NCBI GenBank assembly: GCA_018714855.1
Contig: DVMT01000027.1
Coordinates: 1 to 49,415 of the forward strand
DNA length: 49,415 bases
DNA from: Candidatus Aphodocola excrementigallinarum
GTDB lineage: Bacteria > Bacillota_I > Bacilli_A > RF39 > UBA660
Direction of reading: 5' to 3'
The notes under the pieces were generated by a model. The model worked only from the letters and a program-made list of their open reading frames with translations, was not told where the DNA came from and made no database searches. Shown here piece by piece: positions 28,239 to 39,752 of the stretch. The first letter of the stretch is position 1. Each line of letters opens with the position of its first letter. The translations under genes and the position numbers were made by a program.

Positions 28239-30814
28239 AAAACAAAAGCATATTAAAAGATACATTAAGAGAAATTAGTTTTAACAAAAAAAGATTTATA
28301 TTACTTTTATTAATTATAATGATAGGCACCGGTCTTTTCGTTGGCCTAAAATCAACCGCTAAAGACATGAAGCAAACTTCTTTAGATTATTATAATAAGA
28401 CTAATTTATTTGATATTGAACTTACGCAAAAAACTGGTTTTGTAAAAAGTGATGTTGATAAATTAAAAAGCATACAAGGTATAAAAGGAGTTATGCTAAC
28501 AAAAAGCTTAGATGTATTAGCATCAACCGATGATAAAGATTATACTCTAAGATTAAATAGCATAAGTGATAATAAAGATGATAAAAAAGATGATTATATA
28601 AATCATTTGATACTAACTGATGGTACATATCCTAAGACAGTAAACGAAGGTTTAGTTGACGAAGCGTTTTTAAAAGATGCAAATCTAAAAATTGGAGATT
28701 TAGTAACGCTAGAACCAGAAAGTGATAATTTATTAAGGGCAAAAAAAATCAAAATCGTAGGAAGCATTAAAAACAGCTTATACTCTCTTGCTAACAAAAC
28801 GGATGATGAGAAAATAGATTATTACATGTACTTGCCTGAAAACGATTTTACATCAAATCATTATAATTATGCATACATAACTTTAAATAACGCAAATAAA
28901 TATGATACATATAAAAAAGAATATGAAAATTATGTACAAAGTTTTATAAATGATATAAATAATACTATTAATGAAGGTAACAAAGATAAAAAAGAACAAA
29001 TAACTAACGAATTAAACGAAGAAATTGAAGAACTACAAGATGATTTATATAGGTTAAATATATCAAGCGACGAAACTTTAAAAGATGAAAAAGAAGCAAT
29101 TAAAAAGCAAATAAATCAAAATGAAACTAAACTATCAGAAATAGAAAATGATACCTTAACTGTTAACACAAGAAATAATCATAATGGTTTTTATGAATAT
29201 GAGCAAGAAATAAAAAGAATAGAAAATATAAGTAAAGTAGTACCGTTAATATTTTTATTAATGACCATTTTGGTTATTGTAATTTCAACGTATAAAATGA
29301 TACTTAAAGAAAAAAACAGAATTGCAACTTTAAGATCATTAGGATACACAACTTTTGATATTTTATTTAAATACATATTATATGCTTTATTAGCAAGTCT
29401 AATAGGAAGCATATTAGGAAGTTTTCTATTCTGTAAAGTAATTCCTTTAATTATTGGGTATTCTTACTCTATTGTATATGACATGCCAAATATTACCACT
29501 AATTTACAAATGAATTATGTTTTATTTTCAATTTTATTTTCGGTTTTGACAAGCATTTTATTAACAACGTTAGTATTTATTTTAACAATTAAAAACAACT
29601 GTTTAAAACTAATTAAATCTTCTACCCCTAAAAAAGAAGTAAAAAAATTAGAAAATAATAATTTATTTAAAAAACTAGGCTTTTTAAGTAAACTTGCTTT
29701 CAAAAACGTGTTTAGATGTAAAAAAATAACGTTTATAACAGTTATAATAACTTGTTTTATAACTATCCTACTTTTAGTGTCTTTTGGTTATAAAAACTCA
29801 TCTAATAAAACCATAAATAATCAGTTTAACAAGATTAACAAATATGATATGAAAATAGACGTTATAAGTAATAACAGTAATAAAAACATAAATGAAATAA
29901 TAAAAAAACTTGATGATAATAAAAATATTAAGCAAACAAAAAAAGTATATAGCACTAATATAGATATAAACACAAAAAATAATAATGATACATCTTATTT
30001 AATGGTAATAAAAAACAATAAAAACTTAAGTGATTTTATTAATTTAAAAACAGAAGATAACAAAAACATAAAATTATCAAATGATGGTGTTATTATATCT
30101 TCTTCTTTAGCTAATAAATTAAATCTTAAAGTAAATGATAAAATAACAATTAATTTAAATAATAGTAATTTTAAGGTAAAAGTAAGTAACATATTTAAAA
30201 ACTACATAGATAATAACATTTATATGTCTAACAGCTTATATGAAAAACTAACTGATAAAAAAGTTATATATAATAGTATTTTACTAATAAACAATAAATT
30301 ATCTGATAGTAAAACAGAAGATTTAAAATATGAAATATCAAATCTTGATAACGTGTTACAAGTAACTGATAAAAAAAGCGCAATAGAAAGTTATCAAAAC
30401 ATGATTTCATCAGTTAATTACGTATCTTACTTTTTAAGTATATCAACCATAATACTAGCATTTATAATTTTATATTACCTATCGCGTATAAACATTAGTG
30501 AAAGAAAAAATGAAATAGTATCATTAAAACAGCTAGGATTTTATGATAAAGAAATTATCAATTATCTTTTTAAGGAAAGTTTAATTGCAACTATAATAGG
30601 TATTTTAATAGGTTTGGTATCCGGCAGTGTTATAAGTTATTTAGTTATGAAAAACTTTAACATAAGTACGTTTATTTATAGTTTTAACATAAGTATAATT
30701 AGTTATTTACTATCAATAATAATTATTATTATAATATTGTTAATAATATATTTTATATTGTATTACCATTTAAAAAAAATAAATATTGCAGATGAAATAA
30801 ATGAAAATGAATAA
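28232..30814 (+). CDS. FtsX/MacB-type ABC permease (two FtsX domains)
   Basis: IATLRSLGY and [14 protein letters not shown] motifs, multiple TM segments. Confidence 0.9.
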   Translation: MVKNKSILKDTLREISFNKKRFILLLLIIMIGTGLFVGLKSTAKDMKQTSLDYYNKTNLFDIELTQKTGFVKSDVDKLKSIQGIKGVMLTKSLDVLASTDDKDYTLRLNSISDNKDDKKDDYINHLILTDGTYPKTVNEGLVDEAFLKDANLKIGDLVTLEPESDNLLRAKKIKIVGSIKNSLYSLANKTDDEKIDYYMYLPENDFTSNHYNYAYITLNNANKYDTYKKEYENYVQSFINDINNTINEGNKDKKEQITNELNEEIEELQDDLYRLNISSDETLKDEKEAIKKQINQNETKLSEIENDTLTVNTRNNHNGFYEYEQEIKRIENISKVVPLIFLLMTILVIVISTYKMILKEKNRIATLRSLGYTTFDILFKYILYALLASLIGSILGSFLFCKVIPLIIGYSYSIVYDMPNITTNLQMNYVLFSILFSVLTSILLTTLVFILTIKNNCLKLIKSSTPKKEVKKLENNNLFKKLGFLSKLAFKNVFRCKKITFITVIITCFITILLLVSFGYKNSSNKTINNQFNKINKYDMKIDVISNNSNKNINEIIKKLDDNKNIKQTKKVYSTNIDINTKNNNDTSYLMVIKNNKNLSDFINLKTEDNKNIKLSNDGVIISSSLANKLNLKVNDKITINLNNSNFKVKVSNIFKNYIDNNIYMSNSLYEKLTDKKVIYNSILLINNKLSDSKTEDLKYEISNLDNVLQVTDKKSAIESYQNMISSVNYVSYFLSISTIILAFIILYYLSRINISERKNEIVSLKQLGFYDKEIINYLFKESLIATIIGILIGLVSGSVISYLVMKNFNISTFIYSFNISIISYLLSIIIIIIILLIIYFILYYHLKKINIADEINENE

Positions 30815-30836
30815 AATCATGTAAAGTAAATATAAT

Positions 30837-30876
30837 AAAAATAGCATTGTTGCAGTTGCAACATTGTTATTTTTTT
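30837..30876 (+). terminator. Probable terminator after the ABC permease gene
   Basis: Stem centred on TGTTGCA-GT-TGCAACA (30848-30863) followed by T tract. Confidence 0.55.
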
Positions 30877-30918
30877 GTTTGTTGTATAATAATATCGTAT
30901 AATAAAGGAGGTATTAAA

Positions 30919-33144
30919 ATGGATCAATGGAAAGATTTTAAAGGCGAAGATTGGAAAAATAAAATAGACGTTAAACAATTTATATTAGATAACTACACGG
31001 AATATAAAGGTGACGAAAGCTTTTTAAAAGGGCCTACAGAAAAAACAAAAAGATTAAATGATAAATATAATAAACTTGCAAAAATAGAAATAGAAAAAGG
31101 TGTTTATGACGTTGATACAAAAACGGTATCAGGAATAAATAATTATAAGCCTGGATACCTAATTAAAGAAGATGAGGTAATCGTTGGTTTTCAAACCGAT
31201 GAACCATTAAAAAGAATAACAAACGCATTCGGTGGAATGCGAATGGTAAAACAAGAATTAGAAGCATACGGTTATGAATTAGATGATGAGTTCAAAAAAA
31301 GATTTGAATACAGAAAAACTCATAATGACGGCGTATTTGACGCATACACAACAGATATTAGAAAAGCAAGACACGCAGGACTTTTAACTGGTCTACCTGA
31401 TGCTTATGGAAGAGGTAGAATAATTGGAGATTATAGAAGAATTGCTCTTTACGGAATAGATTTTTTAGTTGAGGAAAAGAAAAAAGATTTACTTGATCTA
31501 GAAAAAGAAGAGTTAACCGAAGAAATGATTCGTCTAAGAGAAGAAGTATCAGAACAAATTAAAGCCTTAGGCGAAATAAAAGATATGGCTAAAAGTTATG
31601 GTTTTGATATTTCTAAACCGGCTTCTAACGCTAAAGAAGCAACGCAGTGGCTATACTTTGGATATCTTGCTGCCATAAAAGAAAATAATGGTGCTGCAAT
31701 GAGTTTAGGTAGAACATCTACATTCTTAGATATATACTTTGAAAGAGATTTAAAAAACGGTGTGATAACAGAAACTGACGCTCAAGAGATAATAGATCAG
31801 TTCATCATGAAACTTAGAATGGCAAGACATTTAAGAACTCCTGAATATAACGAGTTATTCGCAGGAGATCCAACTTGGGTTACTGAGTCAATAGCAGGTA
31901 TGAGTGAAGATGGTAAATCAATGGTTACCAAAAACTCATATAGATATCTAAACACCTTGTACAATTTAGGATCAGCTCCTGAACCCAACCTAACCATTTT
32001 ATGGAGTGACCGTCTACCAGAAAACTTCAAAATATACTGCGCTAAAGTATCAATTGACACTGATGCTATTCAGTATGAATCAGATGAATTAATGAGACCT
32101 ATTCATGGTTGTGATTACGCTATTGCATGTTGCGTTTCTGCTATGACGGTTGGTAAACAAATGCAATTTTTTGGAGCTAGATGTAACTTAGCTAAAACAT
32201 TATTATATGCAATTAACGGTGGCTATGATGAAATAAAAAAAGAACTAGTTGTTGATGGATTAGATAAAATTCTAGATGAATATTTAGACTATGAAACCGT
32301 TAGAAAAGCATATTCTAAAGCCATGAAAAAAGTTGCAAAAACATACGTTGATGCAATGAACATAATTCACTATATGCATGATAAATACGCATACGAAAGA
32401 GGTCAAATGGCACTTCATGATACAAAAGTAGGACGTTTAATGGCATTCGGTGTTGCAGGTTTTTCGGTTGCAATAGATTCACTTTCTGCAATAAAGTTTG
32501 CAAAAGTAAAACCAATAAGGGATGAAAATGGTATCGCCGTTGATTTTGAAATTGAAGGAGATTTTCCAAAATATGGAAATGATGATGATAGAGCTGACCT
32601 AATCGGAAAAGAACTATTAGAAGAGTTCTATAATGACTTAAAAGAACACCCTGCTTATCGTGGTGCAAAACACACGTTATCTGTTTTAACAATAACTTCA
32701 AACGTAATGTATGGTAAAAAAACAGGATCAACGCCAGACGGAAGAAAAAAAGGTGTAGCATTTGCACCTGGTGCTAACCCAATGCATGGTAGAGATTCAA
32801 GCGGTGCTCTTGCATCACTTAACTCAGTTGCTAAAATGCCTTATACTAATGTTTGTGAAGATGGTATTTCAAATACGTTTTCTATCGTTCCTAGTGCATT
32901 AGGTCATTCTAAGGATGAACAAATAGAAAACCTAGTAAACGTACTTGATGGATATTTTGAAAAAGGTGCTCATCATATAAACGTTAACGTTCTTAATAGA
33001 GAAATGTTAATAGATGCAATGAATCATCCTGGTAAATACCCTACTTTAACCATTAGAGTATCTGGTTATGCCGTTTTATTTGATAAATTATCACTAGAAC
33101 ATAAAAAAGAAGTAATCGCCCGTACGTTCCACGAAAAAATGTAA
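30919..33144 (+). CDS. pflB: Pyruvate formate-lyase (formate C-acetyltransferase)
   Basis: [29 protein letters not shown] glycyl radical motif; start reset to ATG 30919 after AAAGGAGG. Confidence 0.98.
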   Translation: MDQWKDFKGEDWKNKIDVKQFILDNYTEYKGDESFLKGPTEKTKRLNDKYNKLAKIEIEKGVYDVDTKTVSGINNYKPGYLIKEDEVIVGFQTDEPLKRITNAFGGMRMVKQELEAYGYELDDEFKKRFEYRKTHNDGVFDAYTTDIRKARHAGLLTGLPDAYGRGRIIGDYRRIALYGIDFLVEEKKKDLLDLEKEELTEEMIRLREEVSEQIKALGEIKDMAKSYGFDISKPASNAKEATQWLYFGYLAAIKENNGAAMSLGRTSTFLDIYFERDLKNGVITETDAQEIIDQFIMKLRMARHLRTPEYNELFAGDPTWVTESIAGMSEDGKSMVTKNSYRYLNTLYNLGSAPEPNLTILWSDRLPENFKIYCAKVSIDTDAIQYESDELMRPIHGCDYAIACCVSAMTVGKQMQFFGARCNLAKTLLYAINGGYDEIKKELVVDGLDKILDEYLDYETVRKAYSKAMKKVAKTYVDAMNIIHYMHDKYAYERGQMALHDTKVGRLMAFGVAGFSVAIDSLSAIKFAKVKPIRDENGIAVDFEIEGDFPKYGNDDDRADLIGKELLEEFYNDLKEHPAYRGAKHTLSVLTITSNVMYGKKTGSTPDGRKKGVAFAPGANPMHGRDSSGALASLNSVAKMPYTNVCEDGISNTFSIVPSALGHSKDEQIENLVNVLDGYFEKGAHHINVNVLNREMLIDAMNHPGKYPTLTIRVSGYAVLFDKLSLEHKKEVIARTFHEKM

Positions 33145-33145
33145 T

Positions 33146-33172
33146 AAAGTCAAGTTTTAAGCTTGGCTTTTT
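33146..33172 (+). terminator. Terminator after pflB
   Basis: AAAGTCAAG-TTTTAAG-CTTGGCTTT-TT. Confidence 0.7.
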
Positions 33173-33409
33173 ATATTAACTCATATTCTCTATCTATTAC
33201 GTTGTCATTTGGAACATATTCAAAAACAAATTCATTATCTTTCCTACATAAAATAATGCCTAATGTTGGATTTTGATTGGGTGTCTTTATATTTTTATCA
33301 ATGTAATTTATGTATGTTTTTAAATCACTTCTGTTTTTAGATATATCCTTTACTTTTTATATACCCCGTTATTTATTAATTCGTTTTTTATTTCGTTATA
33401 ATAGTTCAT
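33171..33409 (-). pseudogene. Internally deleted, frameshifted YhcG/DUF1016 nuclease remnant
   Basis: Manual translation: MNYYNEIKNELINNGVYKK / frameshift / VKDISKNRSDLKTYINYIDKNIKTPNQNPTLGIILCRKDNEFVFEY...; C-part aligns to YVNYYDRKIKQEDENPTVGILL of 39996..41021. Confidence 0.8.
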
Positions 33410-33513
33410 GTAATAGTTCCTTTCGTTTTTTTAGTTTTCTATTATATAAACTATTTTTAAAAAAATTGTTGGATATTGTATTTAATCAATATATAATTAA
33501 GTTGGTGATTAAA

Positions 33514-34227
33514 ATGATAGGAAAAATTAACAGTATAGAGTCGATGGGACTAGTAGATGGACCAGGTGTTAGGTTTGTTGTATTTATGCAAGGATGCCCT
33601 TTAAGATGTAAATTTTGTCATAATCCTGAAACTTGGAAATTAAATGGTAATAAAGATAATTATACTCCAGAAGAACTAATTAAAAAGATACTAAATTATA
33701 AACCATATTTTAAAAGAAATGGTGGGGTTACCTTCTCCGGTGGAGAGCCTTTAATACAAAAAGAGTTTTTACTTGAATGTTTAAAGCTATGCAAAAAAAA
33801 TGATATTAATACATGTTTAGATACCGCAGGAAGCATATTAGATTGTGAAGAAATATTAAAATATACTGATCTTGTTTTATTAGATATTAAAGGTACAAAC
33901 AAAAAAAATTATGAAGAAATGACTCATGGTAATTTTGATAACGCAATTAAATTTATAAAACTATGTGAAAAGTTAAACAAAAAACTTTGGCTAAGAGTCG
34001 TAATAGTACCTGGTATAAACGATACAAAAGAATATATATATGAACTAGTTAAATTTATAAAACCGATTAAAAACGTAGAAAAGATAGAATTTTTACCATA
34101 TCACACTTTAGGAGTTCATAAATATGAAGACTTAAAAATTACTTATCCATTAAAAGGTGTTCATGATATGGATAAAGATAAATGTAAAAAATTGGAAAAT
34201 ATGTTAAAAGAAGAGTTAAAGCGTTAG
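33514..34227 (+). CDS. pflA: Pyruvate formate-lyase activating enzyme (radical SAM)
   Basis: DGPGVRFVVFMQGCPLRCKFCHNPE, GGVTFSGGEP, LPYH; start reset to ATG 33514. Confidence 0.96.
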   Translation: MIGKINSIESMGLVDGPGVRFVVFMQGCPLRCKFCHNPETWKLNGNKDNYTPEELIKKILNYKPYFKRNGGVTFSGGEPLIQKEFLLECLKLCKKNDINTCLDTAGSILDCEEILKYTDLVLLDIKGTNKKNYEEMTHGNFDNAIKFIKLCEKLNKKLWLRVVIVPGINDTKEYIYELVKFIKPIKNVEKIEFLPYHTLGVHKYEDLKITYPLKGVHDMDKDKCKKLENMLKEELKR

Positions 34228-35583
34228 CTCTTCTTTTAAATAGTTAACCAAATTAATGAGATTCATACCATGTGATCCCTTAATTAATATAACATCATCT
34301 TTTTTTATTAACTTTTTCAAATAACTTCTTGATTTTTCCTCTCGTTTAAAATGCTTAACGTTAAAACCTGATTTTTTAGCTTCCTTTGCAATTATTTTAG
34401 AGTACTTACCAATAGTAATTAAATAATCAATATTAGTCTTAGATAATTCTTTGCCTATTTTTTTATGAATTATTTTAGATTCTTTTCCAAGTTCTAAAAC
34501 GTCTGCTAAAACAAGTATCTTTCTTTTATTAAATTTATTTAAATAGCCAATAGCTAGTTTCATAGAATCAAAAGAAGCGTTATAAGTATCATCTATTAAG
34601 GTAACGTTATTATTTATGTTAACTTCTTCTAGCCTATGGTTTTTAGTAATAAATGTATTTATACCATCTTTTATCATACCTCTTGATAAACCAAGCATCT
34701 TACCTATTAAGAATGCTGGCAATGCATTATAAATAAAAGTTGTTCCAAAATTTACCTTAAAATCTTTTATGTCTGCTATATCAAAAGTGGTTATAAAATC
34801 GTCTTTAATATTACATGGCATTACGTTACTTAAATTATCAATTCCAAACGTTAAAAGTTTAACACCATCTTTTATGTTTTCTTCTATTTTACTTAAATAA
34901 TCATCATCATTATTAACAATTAAATATCCACTATCCATACCATCTATTATTTCCATCTTAGCTTTTAGAATATTTTCTTTATTTTCTAAACTTTCTATAT
35001 GATTTTCATGTATGTTTGTAATAAGTGCAATATCTGGTTTTGCAATTACTGATAAATTATGAATGTGTCCTAAAGAACTCATCCCCATTTCCAGTACCAT
35101 AACATCTTCATTAGTTAATCTTAAAATGGTAATTGGAAGTCCTATTTGACTGTTTTGATTACCAATTGTTTTTAAGACTTTATATTTATGTTTTAAAACA
35201 TTTGCAATCATCTCTTTAGTAGAAGTTTTTCCAACGCTTCCCGTTACCGCAATCACACAGCCTTTAAATAAACTTCTTTTATAAGCAGCAATATCTTGCA
35301 GGCATTTTTTTACATCATTTGATATTAAAACGGTCTTATCATCATAACCTTTTAGATCTAAATCTTTTAATTTACTTAAAACGCAGATGTCCGCCCCATT
35401 TTTAAATGCCTCTTTATAATATAAGGATCCATCGGTATTACTACCCTTTATTCCAAAAAAACATCCACCGGGCACAACTTCTTTAGAATTTATAAAACCT
35501 TCTTTAATTTCTTTATCTTTATCTCCTATTAATAATTTAGCATCACAATTTTCTAAAACGTCTTTAACGGTTATTTTAACCAT
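34216..35583 (-). CDS. murF: UDP-MurNAc-tripeptide--D-Ala-D-Ala ligase
   Basis: AVTGSVGKTSTKE, VLEMGM, LIDDTYNAS, ELG...H, LIKGS motifs. Confidence 0.94.
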   Translation of the reverse strand: MVKITVKDVLENCDAKLLIGDKDKEIKEGFINSKEVVPGGCFFGIKGSNTDGSLYYKEAFKNGADICVLSKLKDLDLKGYDDKTVLISNDVKKCLQDIAAYKRSLFKGCVIAVTGSVGKTSTKEMIANVLKHKYKVLKTIGNQNSQIGLPITILRLTNEDVMVLEMGMSSLGHIHNLSVIAKPDIALITNIHENHIESLENKENILKAKMEIIDGMDSGYLIVNNDDDYLSKIEENIKDGVKLLTFGIDNLSNVMPCNIKDDFITTFDIADIKDFKVNFGTTFIYNALPAFLIGKMLGLSRGMIKDGINTFITKNHRLEEVNINNNVTLIDDTYNASFDSMKLAIGYLNKFNKRKILVLADVLELGKESKIIHKKIGKELSKTNIDYLITIGKYSKIIAKEAKKSGFNVKHFKREEKSRSYLKKLIKKDDVILIKGSHGMNLINLVNYLKEELTL

Positions 35584-35627
35584 TTATATCACCTAATGAA
35601 TTATATGCATTAAAAAAAGAAGATAAA

Positions 35628-36335
35628 TCATTTTTTCTTAACTGATTTATCATCCTTTATATCTATTATCATTTTTTCTTTCATAAAATTCTTAATTAAC
35701 ATTATTTTATTCATTATTTCATCTTCCAATTGTTTTATGTTTGGCATTAAAATATGTACGTTACAATTATAGTTTTTTAATTCTTCTTTTATCGTATCAT
35801 CAACATAACATCCATCATAGATAAATACGTTTACTTTTTTACCAGTGCAACTTAATTTTTTTACTTGAGTAAGTAACTTTCTTCCGATGTTTTTATATTT
35901 TATTATTTCCTCTACTTTATCTTCATAAAAAACTTCTTTATACCTCTCATCATCAATGTAATTTCTTTTGTTCGCTATTATTTGATGTGCTGCTTTTACC
36001 TCACAATAATTTAATATACCATCAATATCAACGTATGAAATATCGGCCTTTGTAATTACTTTACCCATTTTATCTTTTATTGCCACTTCGTTTTTTACAT
36101 CTTTATATAAGTGCTTGCAATAAGAAGTAGCGATAAAGTTTCCATAAACTCCAAGTAAGTTTTTTGTTACTTCATCAAGCGTTTTTAAACTATAGTTATT
36201 AATTATTTTTTCTTTAAATAATCTTATTATACTTATATCCATTTTTGAGGCATGATAAAAAATATGGCTATTAATACCACAATCTATTAAAAACTCTTTT
36301 AATTTTTCATTAGTATCAATCATTATTTTTTCCAT
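35628..36335 (-). CDS. Hypothetical protein, possible PD-(D/E)XK nuclease fold
   Basis: E...KADISY...YCEVK...Q pattern resembles restriction-endonuclease-like active sites. Confidence 0.5.
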   Translation of the reverse strand: MEKIMIDTNEKLKEFLIDCGINSHIFYHASKMDISIIRLFKEKIINNYSLKTLDEVTKNLLGVYGNFIATSYCKHLYKDVKNEVAIKDKMGKVITKADISYVDIDGILNYCEVKAAHQIIANKRNYIDDERYKEVFYEDKVEEIIKYKNIGRKLLTQVKKLSCTGKKVNVFIYDGCYVDDTIKEELKNYNCNVHILMPNIKQLEDEIMNKIMLIKNFMKEKMIIDIKDDKSVKKK

Positions 36336-36505
36336 CTTCTTTTACCTCTTATAAATATTTTAACACACTTATTAATCTAATTTTACATTAGTCTTAATAT
36401 TTTATTTTTCTTTACATTATTTTCTTTTTTTACCTAATAATTATCATAAAGTCTAAAAATATGCTATAATATTAAGCATGAATTACACAAGTAAGGAGTG
36501 TTAAA

Positions 36506-37942
36506 ATGAATGATAATCAGGTAAAAGAAATAACAAACAGGGATGTTGATTTTGCTAAATGGTACACGGATGTTGTTAAAAAAGCTGACTTAGTTGATTA
36601 CTCATCAGTTAAAGGAAGCATGATAATAAGACCTTATGGATATGCTATTTGGGAAAACATGCAAAGCATATTAGATAAAAAATTTAAAAGTACCAATCAC
36701 GAAAATGTACAAATGCCAATGTTTATACCAGAAAGTTTATTAAACGTAGAAAAAGAGCACGTTAAAGGTTTCGCACCAGAAGTAGCTTGGGTAACTTACG
36801 GTGGTGAAACTAAACTAGAAGAAAGAATGTGCGTAAGGCCTACTTCCGAAACACTTTTTTGTGAACATTTTAAAAAAATTATTAAATCATACAGGGACCT
36901 ACCTCTTTTATATAACCAGTGGTGTACAATAGTAAGATGGGAAAAAACAACGAGACCTTTCTTAAGAAGTCGTGAGATTTTATGGCAAGAAGGACACACC
37001 ATGCATGCTACTGAAAAAGAAGCTAAAGAAGAAACTTTAAGAATGCTTAAAATATATGAGGACTTTCAAAAAAACATTCTTGCAATACCTGTTTTTACTG
37101 GTAAAAAAACCGATAAAGAAAAGTTTGCGGGAGCAGATGAAACATACTCGGTAGAAGCGATGATGTATGACGGTGTTGCTCTTCAAAACGCAACTTCACA
37201 CTATTTTGGTCAGAATTTTTCTAAAGCGTTTGACATTAAGTTTTTAGATAAAGATAATAAGTTAAAATATCCATATCAAACATCTTGGGGATGCACAACC
37301 AGAATGATTGGGGCGCTTGTTATGGTTCATGGTGATAACAGAGGTCTTGTCTTACCTCCTAGAATAGCACCATATAAAGTAATTATAATTCCAATTAAAG
37401 ATGATGAGGAGATAAACAAAGTTGTAAATGATCTAAAAGAAGATTTAAGCGATTCACTAGTTACTTATAAAATAGATAACTCAAATAAAACTCCTGGATT
37501 TAAGTTTGCTGAAGCAGAGGTTAAAGGATACCCTATTAGAATAGAAGTTGGAAAGCGTGATTTAAAAGAAGGATTAGTAACAATCGTAAGACGTGATACC
37601 CTAGAAAAAATAAAAGTACCAATAGATGAGGCGGTAATGAAGGTTAATGAACTTTTAATAAACATCCAAAATGACATGTATGAAAGAGCCTTAAAAAGAC
37701 GCAATAGCATGATATATGAAGCATCTAATTATGAAGAAATGACAAAGATTGCTAAAGAAAAACCAGGATTTATCTTTACTAACTGGTGTGGTGATGAAGC
37801 GTGTGAAAACAAAATAAAAGATGACTTAGGTTTAAAATCAAGGTGCATTCCTTTTGAAGGAGCAGAGCCTGACGGTGATAAAACTTGCGTATGCTGTGGT
37901 AAGAAAGCAACAACTAAAATATACTGGGCTAAACAATACTAA
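36506..37942 (+). CDS. proS: Proline--tRNA ligase (archaeal/eukaryotic-type)
   Basis: VRPTSET, RWEKTTRPFLR, WQEGHT, TSWG, C-terminal zinc-type domain ending AKQY. Confidence 0.98.
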   Translation: MNDNQVKEITNRDVDFAKWYTDVVKKADLVDYSSVKGSMIIRPYGYAIWENMQSILDKKFKSTNHENVQMPMFIPESLLNVEKEHVKGFAPEVAWVTYGGETKLEERMCVRPTSETLFCEHFKKIIKSYRDLPLLYNQWCTIVRWEKTTRPFLRSREILWQEGHTMHATEKEAKEETLRMLKIYEDFQKNILAIPVFTGKKTDKEKFAGADETYSVEAMMYDGVALQNATSHYFGQNFSKAFDIKFLDKDNKLKYPYQTSWGCTTRMIGALVMVHGDNRGLVLPPRIAPYKVIIIPIKDDEEINKVVNDLKEDLSDSLVTYKIDNSNKTPGFKFAEAEVKGYPIRIEVGKRDLKEGLVTIVRRDTLEKIKVPIDEAVMKVNELLINIQNDMYERALKRRNSMIYEASNYEEMTKIAKEKPGFIFTNWCGDEACENKIKDDLGLKSRCIPFEGAEPDGDKTCVCCGKKATTKIYWAKQY

Positions 37943-37970
37943 ACTTATGAGCAAATCATAAGTTTTTTTA
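37941..37970 (+). terminator. Terminator after proS
   Basis: AAAACTTATGA-GCAAA-TCATAAGTTTT-TTT. Confidence 0.8.
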
Positions 37971-37999
37971 TTATAAATATAATTATAATGGTGATATAA

Positions 38000-38437
38000 A
38001 TGTTAACAAAAGAATATGAGCAAGGTTATATTAGTTCCTTTGCAAAGATCTTTACCGTTTTAAAAGAAGAATATGAATGCTTAGTAAAACAAGGTGAATG
38101 TGAAAATTACGAAATAGAAATAAAAAGTATAAATAATGAAGATATAAAAGATTACTTAAGCATTTGTTTTCAAAAGCAAAATGGTTCATTAATAATAGCC
38201 TCCTCTAAAAACATAAATGAAGAAATAACAAAAAAGGTAGTAAAAGACGTATCACTTGCTTTAAATGAAAGCCCACTTGCTAGTTACAACTTTAAAGATT
38301 TAAAAGATTACGTAATATATCATTTTTCTTATGTAAAAGAAAACGTACTTATTGATAACAGGCAAATACTTAATGATTTAAAAGTTAAAGATGAAATAGA
38401 AAACCTAAACTTTGATATTAATCCATTAACGTATTAA
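38000..38437 (+). CDS. Hypothetical protein
   Basis: 145-aa ORF with GGTGA RBS and terminators on both sides; no recognised motif. Confidence 0.7.
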   Translation: MLTKEYEQGYISSFAKIFTVLKEEYECLVKQGECENYEIEIKSINNEDIKDYLSICFQKQNGSLIIASSKNINEEITKKVVKDVSLALNESPLASYNFKDLKDYVIYHFSYVKENVLIDNRQILNDLKVKDEIENLNFDINPLTY

Positions 38438-38469
38438 AAAAACTTACGAGTTAAACTCGTAAGCTTTTT
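38436..38469. terminator. Bidirectional terminator
   Basis: A tract, CTTACGAGT-TAA-ACTCGTAAG, T tract. Confidence 0.8.
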
Positions 38470-39031
38470 ATTTATAATAATATTTAGCTTTATATTCATC
38501 TGATAACTCTTTAAACCTGTTATAGTGAACTATTTCTCTTTGTCTTAGCCATAGTAATGGTCCGGTAATATCTGGATCATCGGATAAGTCAATTAAATGC
38601 TCATAGATTGCACGTGCTTTTTGTTCAGCGGCTAAATCCTCTTCTAAGTCTGCTACTGGATCACCCGTTGTTGATATGTAAGTTGCCGTCCAAGCTACAC
38701 CATTAGAATCAGTTGGAAATAAAGCAAGGCCATGTTCAGTGTAATTTCCTTCTAGTCCTGCCGCTTTTAACTCTTCTATAGTTGCTCCTTTCATCATTTG
38801 ACTTACCATCGTGCAAATCATTTCAACGTGAGCAAGCTCTTCCGTTCCGATGTCATTTAAAAGTGCTCTTCCTTTTGCATCTGGCATCGTGTATCTTTGG
38901 TTTAAGTATCTAAGTGCGGCACCAAGTTCACCTTGAGCACCACCGTACTGGCTTATAACGGCTTTGGCCATTTTTAAGTTCTTTTTCTTTATGTTAATTG
39001 GATATTGTAATTTTTTTGAATACTTCCACAT
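38468..39031 (-). CDS. cotJC: Spore coat protein CotJC (manganese catalase family)
   Basis: MWKYSKKLQYP, QYGG..GEL, DIGTEELAHVE, DLAAEQKAR, REIVH; start reset to ATG 39031. Confidence 0.93.
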   Translation of the reverse strand: MWKYSKKLQYPINIKKKNLKMAKAVISQYGGAQGELGAALRYLNQRYTMPDAKGRALLNDIGTEELAHVEMICTMVSQMMKGATIEELKAAGLEGNYTEHGLALFPTDSNGVAWTATYISTTGDPVADLEEDLAAEQKARAIYEHLIDLSDDPDITGPLLWLRQREIVHYNRFKELSDEYKAKYYYK

Positions 39032-39044
39032 GTTTATCCCCCCC

Positions 39045-39554
39045 CTATTCATTCCATGGCCAAGGATTTTCTATCCAAGCCCAAGGTGTCATGCTAAGAC
39101 CTTCGTTATCGGATAAATCAACTGGACCATATTTCCTTTCATATTGATCATTAAGCATTTTCTCTTGCTTATTATATTCATTGTACATTTTTATTGCATT
39201 AGCATCATCTGGATGAGTATCTAAGTATAAATTAATATCATGAGCTGCAAAAGCCATTTCTTGTAACTTATATAAATCGCTTTGTCTTTCACTATTTATT
39301 CTTGGGGTGGCATAGGTCATGTTTTTATAAGGAATATAAGTTCCTGCTTCCATGTTACCTCTTAAAAAGCCTTCTCTAGGGCTTAAAAACTTGTTTTTAT
39401 TTACCATGTTTTGATTATTAAAACTAGCATTAGTGTTTGTTTTACTAATCATGTTCATTTGAGTGTTTAAGTTGGTATTATTTGGCATAACAGCGGGCAT
39501 CATAAAAGTTCTAAACAAAATATCATCCATCCCATACGTATAATTATTTGTCAT
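39045..39554 (-). CDS. cotJB: Spore coat protein CotJB with N-terminal extension (CotJA-like segment)
   Basis: FAAHDINLYLDTHP, YERKYGP, WAWIENPWPW; preceded by SPREGFLRGN...Y.PY. Confidence 0.85.
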   Translation of the reverse strand: MTNNYTYGMDDILFRTFMMPAVMPNNTNLNTQMNMISKTNTNASFNNQNMVNKNKFLSPREGFLRGNMEAGTYIPYKNMTYATPRINSERQSDLYKLQEMAFAAHDINLYLDTHPDDANAIKMYNEYNKQEKMLNDQYERKYGPVDLSDNEGLSMTPWAWIENPWPWNE

Positions 39555-39706
39555 TTTCTTACCTCCTAGCCTATTATATACATCTAAAGGCTATGGTGTA
39601 TGGGTAATAAACTAAGTAAATAAATATTTAATAATTTTAAAATAATTAGCATATAATAATCATGTAATAGTTTTCTAAATTCTTTTCATTTTTTCTTGGA
39701 AGGCTA

Positions 39707-39734
39707 TTGACAATATCTTAAAAATAAGTATAAT
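39707..39734 (+). promoter_or_regulatory. Consensus sigma-A promoter of tRNA-Gly
   Basis: TTGACA (39707-39712), 16-nt spacer, TATAAT (39729-39734). Confidence 0.85.
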
Positions 39735-39752
39735 TAAAAATGCCTACTTAAT

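Noticed and set aside
30848-30863. TGTTGCA-GT-TGCAACA as a Rex operator for pflB
   Set aside because: Does not fit TTGTGAA-N4-TTCACAA and sits in a longer stem with T tract, so a terminator is more likely; dual use not excluded.
30847-33513. N-terminal extensions on PflB and PflA in the ORF track
   Set aside because: They run through terminator, promoter or pseudogene sequence; RBS-supported ATGs at 30919 and 33514 give normal lengths.
36506-37942. Archaeal/eukaryotic-type ProRS as a cross-domain transfer
   Set aside because: This type is widespread in Mollicutes and many Bacillota.
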